64,000 bases of DNA, taken from NCBI RefSeq assembly GCF_023055435.1, contig NW_025963779.1, positions 88,598,001 to 88,662,000 of the forward strand. Direction: 5' to 3'. The position numbers and the translations under genes are program-made. This document shows positions 60,001 to 64,000 of the stretch, piece after piece (the stretch's first letter is position 1; every line of letters begins with the position of its first letter). The notes under the pieces were generated by a model. It searched no databases. It saw only the letters and a program-made list of their open reading frames with translations, and had not been told where the DNA came from. The stretch comes from Haliotis rufescens. Its lineage: Eukaryota.

Positions 60001-63000
60001 TTTCAGATTTGGTAAAAAACTTAACTTTGCATTAAATCTTATTCAATGTCACATGAACTTTTCGTGTTCAGTATATATACCTTTCGTAGTTAAGCTCAGA
60101 ACTTTCAGCCACCGCTCCTACATAAAACTGGATCTATAGAAACCCCACCTCTGTAATACCCGCTCTTCCAGCCGAGGCCGTAACCGTCGTTGCTCATTGT
60201 CACCGGCGTCTTGGGTCTGCTGAAGTAGGTGTTGATGGAACTGGTGGCGAGAGCGTTCCGGGGTTTGTATGTTTCCTTCAGCAGGTTTTCGGCCACGACT
60301 TGGTTGCCCTCTCGGTTCTTCCCGCCACTCAGATGGAACAACATCCACTTGGTCATGTCGTCTGCGCTGCTGATCACAGACCCAGAACCACCAATCTTTG
60401 CCCAGTGACTGATGAAGAATAATGTGAGTGTATCTTGAAAACCAGCAACAGGTCATGGATACTTCAGTAAGATAACAGAATCAGTTAACCTGTCCCTTGC
60501 CACTCTGGATCAGCCATGTCAGGGGCGCTAGGGTAGCCTAGTGGCTAAAGTGTTCACTCGTCACGCCGGAGACACGTGTTCGATTCCCGACATGGGTACA
60601 GTTTGTGAAGCCCATTTCTGGTGTCCCCCAAATATTGCTTATGTTAAACCATACGCACTCACGCAGCCTTGTCAGACAACTCCGTGGGGACAGGACTCCT
60701 ACTTAGCCTGGAAGACTACAGCATTAGGTTTTACCAGAGCCCCCTTGAATTTGAAAGTAGTATCTAGCCAGTCATATAAGATGTTCGTATAGTATGTTTT
60801 CTTTATTTTAAGAAAAATATAATTTCCACTGACGTCGGAGACACGTTCACCCGTGAAGATCCGGGTTAGAACAGGTCTTCAGCAACCCATGCATGCCGTA
60901 AAAGGCGACTATGCTTGTTGGTCAGGGTCGCTGACTTGGTTGTATCCCAATTGCGTGGATCGATGCTCATGATGTCAATCACTGGCTTGCCTGGTCCAGA
61001 CTCAATTATTTACAGACCGCCGTCATATAGCTGGAATATTGTTGAGTGCGGCGTTCAACAACAAACAAACAAACATCATAACGTTCACTTGTCAAGGCTG
61101 AAGGTGCTGGTTCGATGCTCAACATGGGTACAATGGGTGAAACCTATTCTTGTTGTCTCCAACTTTGATGGAATACGTATCAAGGCGACCTAAAACTCCC
61201 TCACCTCAAATGAGACCTACTATGTACATCTTCCCGAGGCAAGGGAGTTAACTGACTATAAGAGTCCAGTTTCCACCCTTGCCTCGGGAAGATGACTATG
61301 GAGTGCCACACACATACCGGATAAAGTCAGACGATGGCGTTACAAGCTTGCTACCCTGTTTAGTGTAAGGTGTCGCAATGTTTGGTGAGGTGAAGTCCGC
61401 TCTGGTTCCGAATGTGCTGGAGTCCATGTGCAAGGGCTTGAAGATGTTGTCAGTCATACTGTCCTCCCAAGTCTTCTTTGTGAGCAACTCCGTGATGTGT
61501 GTCAGCAGTCCGTACATGAGGTCGCTGTAGTAAAAGCTGCCCCTGAAGCCGCCGGTGCTGGGAAGGTACTTCACCCGGCTGTCACAGGACACAGCAACAT
61601 ATTCATATTGTGAATGTGAACATTGAGTAAGGATTCTAGATCTATCGCCCTCCACTGAATCACCATTGGTTTTCGTTATCGATCTGGAAGCCTTCTTCCC
61701 AGGCCGTAGGTAAATTCTTTTGACAGGGGGTTGGGGTGGGGTGGGGGGGGGGGGGGGTGGGGGTGGGGGTGGGGGTGGGGGGGGGGGGGGGGGGGGGGGG
61801 GTGGAGGCAAGTATTTGTACAAGTATCACTTGTCCCCAACTTGAGTAAGGATTCTAGATCTATCGCCCTCCACTGAATCACCATTGGTTTTCGTTATCGA
61901 TCTGGAAGCCTTCTTCCCAGGCCGTAGGTAAATTCTTTTGACAGGGGGTTGGGGTGGGGGGGGGGGGGGGGGTGGAGGCAAGTATTTGTACAAGTATCAC
62001 TTGTCCCCAACTTGTATTTTCATGATTCAAATAGAACTGTTTTCTTTAAAGCAACTGCAAGTCAAATACAGAAATAATGTTTCGACCGAGTCATTTAACT
62101 TGCCCTTTAGAGTGTTGTAAAACGAACATATTTCTGAAGTGTTTCTCTTTACTTGTGACAAGTGGAAACTATCCACTTTTACGCAGATGTAATTCAAAGT
62201 TGACATGTCATTTATAGTTTCAACAAATTAGTAAACATGCTACATGTCACTGGATTGACTCGTTTATTTACAGACATGAGTATGGCAGGAGTACGCATTG
62301 CGGCGTTTGGCAACAAACAACTACCCTTTTTAGTAAATTGCGTTAGTAGCGGGTTCTACCGTTGGAGCAGGACATCTTACCCTTTTCGCGATATACCTGA
62401 AGTGATTATGACTGGCTAGAACAGTCTTATATACCTGACGAGGTTCTCCCGTGTGAGGGTGTCGTCCAGCCGGAGGTAGTTGTTCCTGGGGATACCCATC
62501 CTGTGTGCCATCAGGTCCTCCACGACGGCGTACACTGACCGCAGGGAGTTGTTGAACCCGTTCCTCCCTAACAGGTGGTACACATTCGTCTTGATAGTGT
62601 AACTGAGGATATATGCACAGAATACCAGTCAGCATCAAACGTGTATTTCTTGTCCGATCGTAGACTCAGTGAAGAGGCAGGGAATGACAGGCTTTGTGGG
62701 TCGAAACACAATGCAAAATTGTTACTGGTATATGTTCAGCATCATCGATTTATTTATGATGAATACCCTGGATCCATTCGCCATCATAGCTTTACTAAGC
62801 CCGGTTCGAATTACAATTCGATGCTTACAATAGACGTCTTCTCATTTCATACTCTTCAGCAAGACAAAGTCTGTTCTAAGTTAGGGGCCGACATAGGGTT
62901 GGGGTGGGGGTGTTGTGCTGCAAGTCTTGAAAAATCATCTGGTTATGAAATATCTAAATAAGAATTAGTAATGAGAATTACTTGGCGTCCAAGAGGGAAA

Positions 63001-63427
63001 ACGTTCGGGGGTGGGGGATGGACGGGGGATGGAGGGGGAGGGGTGGGGGGTGGGGGTTTGAGGGGTGGGGATGCTGAGAAACAATACAGCAGAGAGTCAA
63101 AATATATTTCATTACTTACCTACTTTGATCATGCAATACCTTACTCAACAACGCCGTTGTGAACGCTTTGGACAACGACGCTATCTCAAACAGAGTTGTG
63201 TTCGTGACAGGTGTTTTGGTAGCAAGGTCGGTGACACCGAACCCCCGCGACATGACGACTTTGCCATCTTTCACCACTGACACCGCTAACCCAGGTGTCT
63301 GGTGACATTTCAGCCCCGCGTTGATCACAGCGTCCACTGCAACATCATCGACGACGGTATACACTTCTCCCCACAGTGCCGTCGTCGTCACCCACAAAAA
63401 GAACAGATGTGAACTTCCTAACATCAT
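56704..63427 (-). CDS. Secreted serine beta-lactamase / D-Ala-D-Ala peptidase-superfamily (peptidase S12-like) protein with a DUF3471-like C-terminal domain, about 529 aa, 6 exons
   Basis: Exons (-) 63427-63120, 62602-62435, 61578-61318, 60408-60149, 58268-57979, 57006-56704; GT-AG and phase-consistent (1590 nt). Hydrophobic leader MMLGSSHLFFLWVTTTALWG, PGLAVSVVKDGKVV..GFG, FEIASLSKAF (SxxK), DLMAHRMG, FYYSDLMY, GSGSVISSADDMTKW, YGLGW, HSGSTFG (HxG), AYTGTFRHQAYGNI. Confidence 0.92.
57376..57650 (+). mobile_element. tRNA-derived SINE family B, full length with 14-bp TSD
   Basis: A box ggtggcccagtcgtcta, B box ggttcgaatcc, (ACTC)n tail, TSD tctccaacaatctg. Confidence 0.9.
57979..58268 (-). 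CDS. Beta-lactamase-family gene exon 5 (HSG motif, polybasic linker)
   Basis: ttgcag| IPMVQHSG...RRRRATHT |gtgagt. Confidence 0.9.
58561..59750 (-). mobile_element. Degenerate mariner transposase in intron 4 of the beta-lactamase gene, interrupted by a SINE and a MITE fragment
   Basis: VKRWVAEFKRGRES..GRPST, GQTFNGQY, FHQDN, HPYSPHLA, FFPNLKKELSGKHF; TACGAGG terminus at 58561. Confidence 0.85.
59552..59722 (+). mobile_element. Short tRNA-derived SINE family A with TSD
   Basis: ggggcggt.gggtagcctagtgg..gacccgggttc..tgtgaagcccatttctggtgtcccc..(ACTC)n; TSD ctcttaaca. Confidence 0.9.
60149..60408 (-). CDS. Beta-lactamase-family gene exon 4
   Basis: catcag| HWAKIGGSG...YGLGWKSGYYR |gtgggg. Confidence 0.9.
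60522..60662 (+). mobile_element. SINE family A
   Basis: ggggcgctagggtagcctagtgg..ttcgattccc. Confidence 0.8.
60849..61074 (+). mobile_element. SINE-like family C
   Basis: Same consensus as 26832. Confidence 0.85.
61227..61294. mobile_element. 68-bp collapsed copy of the CATCTTCC-TIR MITE
   Basis: catcttcccgaggcaaggg...cccttgcctcgggaagatg, flanks actatgta/actatgga. Confidence 0.8.
61318..61578 (-). CDS. Beta-lactamase-family gene exon 3 (YSD motif)
   Basis: gacag| RVKYLP...FYYSDLMYGLL...DFI |gtatgt. Confidence 0.9.
61623..62013. repeat. Two-copy tandem duplication around a poly-G tract
   Basis: 61623-61840 and 61841-62011 are identical apart from G-tract length. Confidence 0.9.
62435..62602 (-). 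CDS. Beta-lactamase-family gene exon 2
   Basis: cctcag| YTIKTN...EDLMAHRMG...NLV |gtatat. Confidence 0.88.
63120..63427 (-). CDS. Beta-lactamase-family gene exon 1 (signal peptide, SxxK)
   Basis: gccATG start, donor AG|gtaagt. Confidence 0.9.
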
Positions 63428-63527
63428 GGCCGATTCATGACGGAGATAAGGAATAGCGTGTATTCGCTGATAGTGTATTGCAGTGCAAAGTTCAGTTGAG
63501 ATTATGTTGAAGTTGTTTGTTGTTTTG

Positions 63528-63950
63528 GTTAGGTTTGGTTTGTTGTTTTACGCCGCACTCAGCAATATTCCAGCTATATGACGGCGGTCTGTAAATAATC
63601 GAGTCTGGACCAGACAATCCAGTGATTTACATCATGAACATCGATCCACGCAATTGGGATCCATGACATGCATCAACCAAGTCAGCGAGCCTGACCACCC
63701 GATCCCGTTAGTCGTCAGTTGTTTGTTGTTCAACGCCGCACTCATCAATATTGCAGCAATATGACGGCGGTCTGTGAATAATCTAGTCTGGACCAGACCA
63801 GTGATTGATATAATGAGCGACTCTGTCGCCGTCAGGGAACGATGCCAACGAGTCACGCAGCCTGACCAACCCCATCCACTAAGTCGTCGTAAGGGCCAAG
63901 CACAGGTAGCTGTACTGGGGACAATTCTAACCCGGAATCCCCACGGTCGT
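63528..63950 (-). mobile_element. Two adjacent family C copies directly upstream of the beta-lactamase ATG
   Basis: Two reverse-complement copies, each starting with (GTTT)n-acgccgcactca.. Confidence 0.82.
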
Positions 63951-64000
63951 TTACGACTAGATATAACAGGCCATTCCCTATCCATGATATCTCTGCTGAA

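Noticed and set aside
61660-61884. Poly-Pro extension of the beta-lactamase exon 3 ORF
   Set aside because: Intronic G tract; the phase-matched acceptor is at 61579-61580
56704-63427. Bacterial contamination or a true antibiotic-resistance gene
   Set aside because: Five phase-consistent spliceosomal introns containing host repeats; superfamily motifs alone do not show lactamase activity

Overview
Eukaryotic (animal) genomic DNA: intron-rich, with GT-AG introns, tRNA-derived SINEs, DNA-transposon relics and many minisatellites. The SINE set looks molluscan, possibly an abalone-like gastropod (inference). Three genes can be supported. (1) The 3' part of a spatacsin/SPG11 orthologue (+): 32 coding exons at 1215-35725 that join in phase to about 1559 aa; the 5' exons lie upstream of the window. 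(2) A 1289-aa C2H2 zinc-finger gene (+, 49639-53508) with a single coding exon and a probable non-coding first exon/promoter near 43200-43377. (3) A convergent six-exon gene (-, 63427-56704, about 529 aa) for a secreted serine beta-lactamase/PBP-superfamily protein. Most long ORFs in the supplied track are translations of tandem repeats. The most interesting observations are an intronic array of about 12 same-orientation CTCF-like motifs; a zinc-finger protein rich in PDSM, SIM and LxxLL/LxxML motifs downstream of a cluster of nuclear-receptor elements; the beta-lactamase-fold protein with a YSD motif and a polybasic furin-type linker; and a recurring pattern of tandem repeats anchored at splice junctions or TE ends. 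All coordinates were read by hand and no searches were run.
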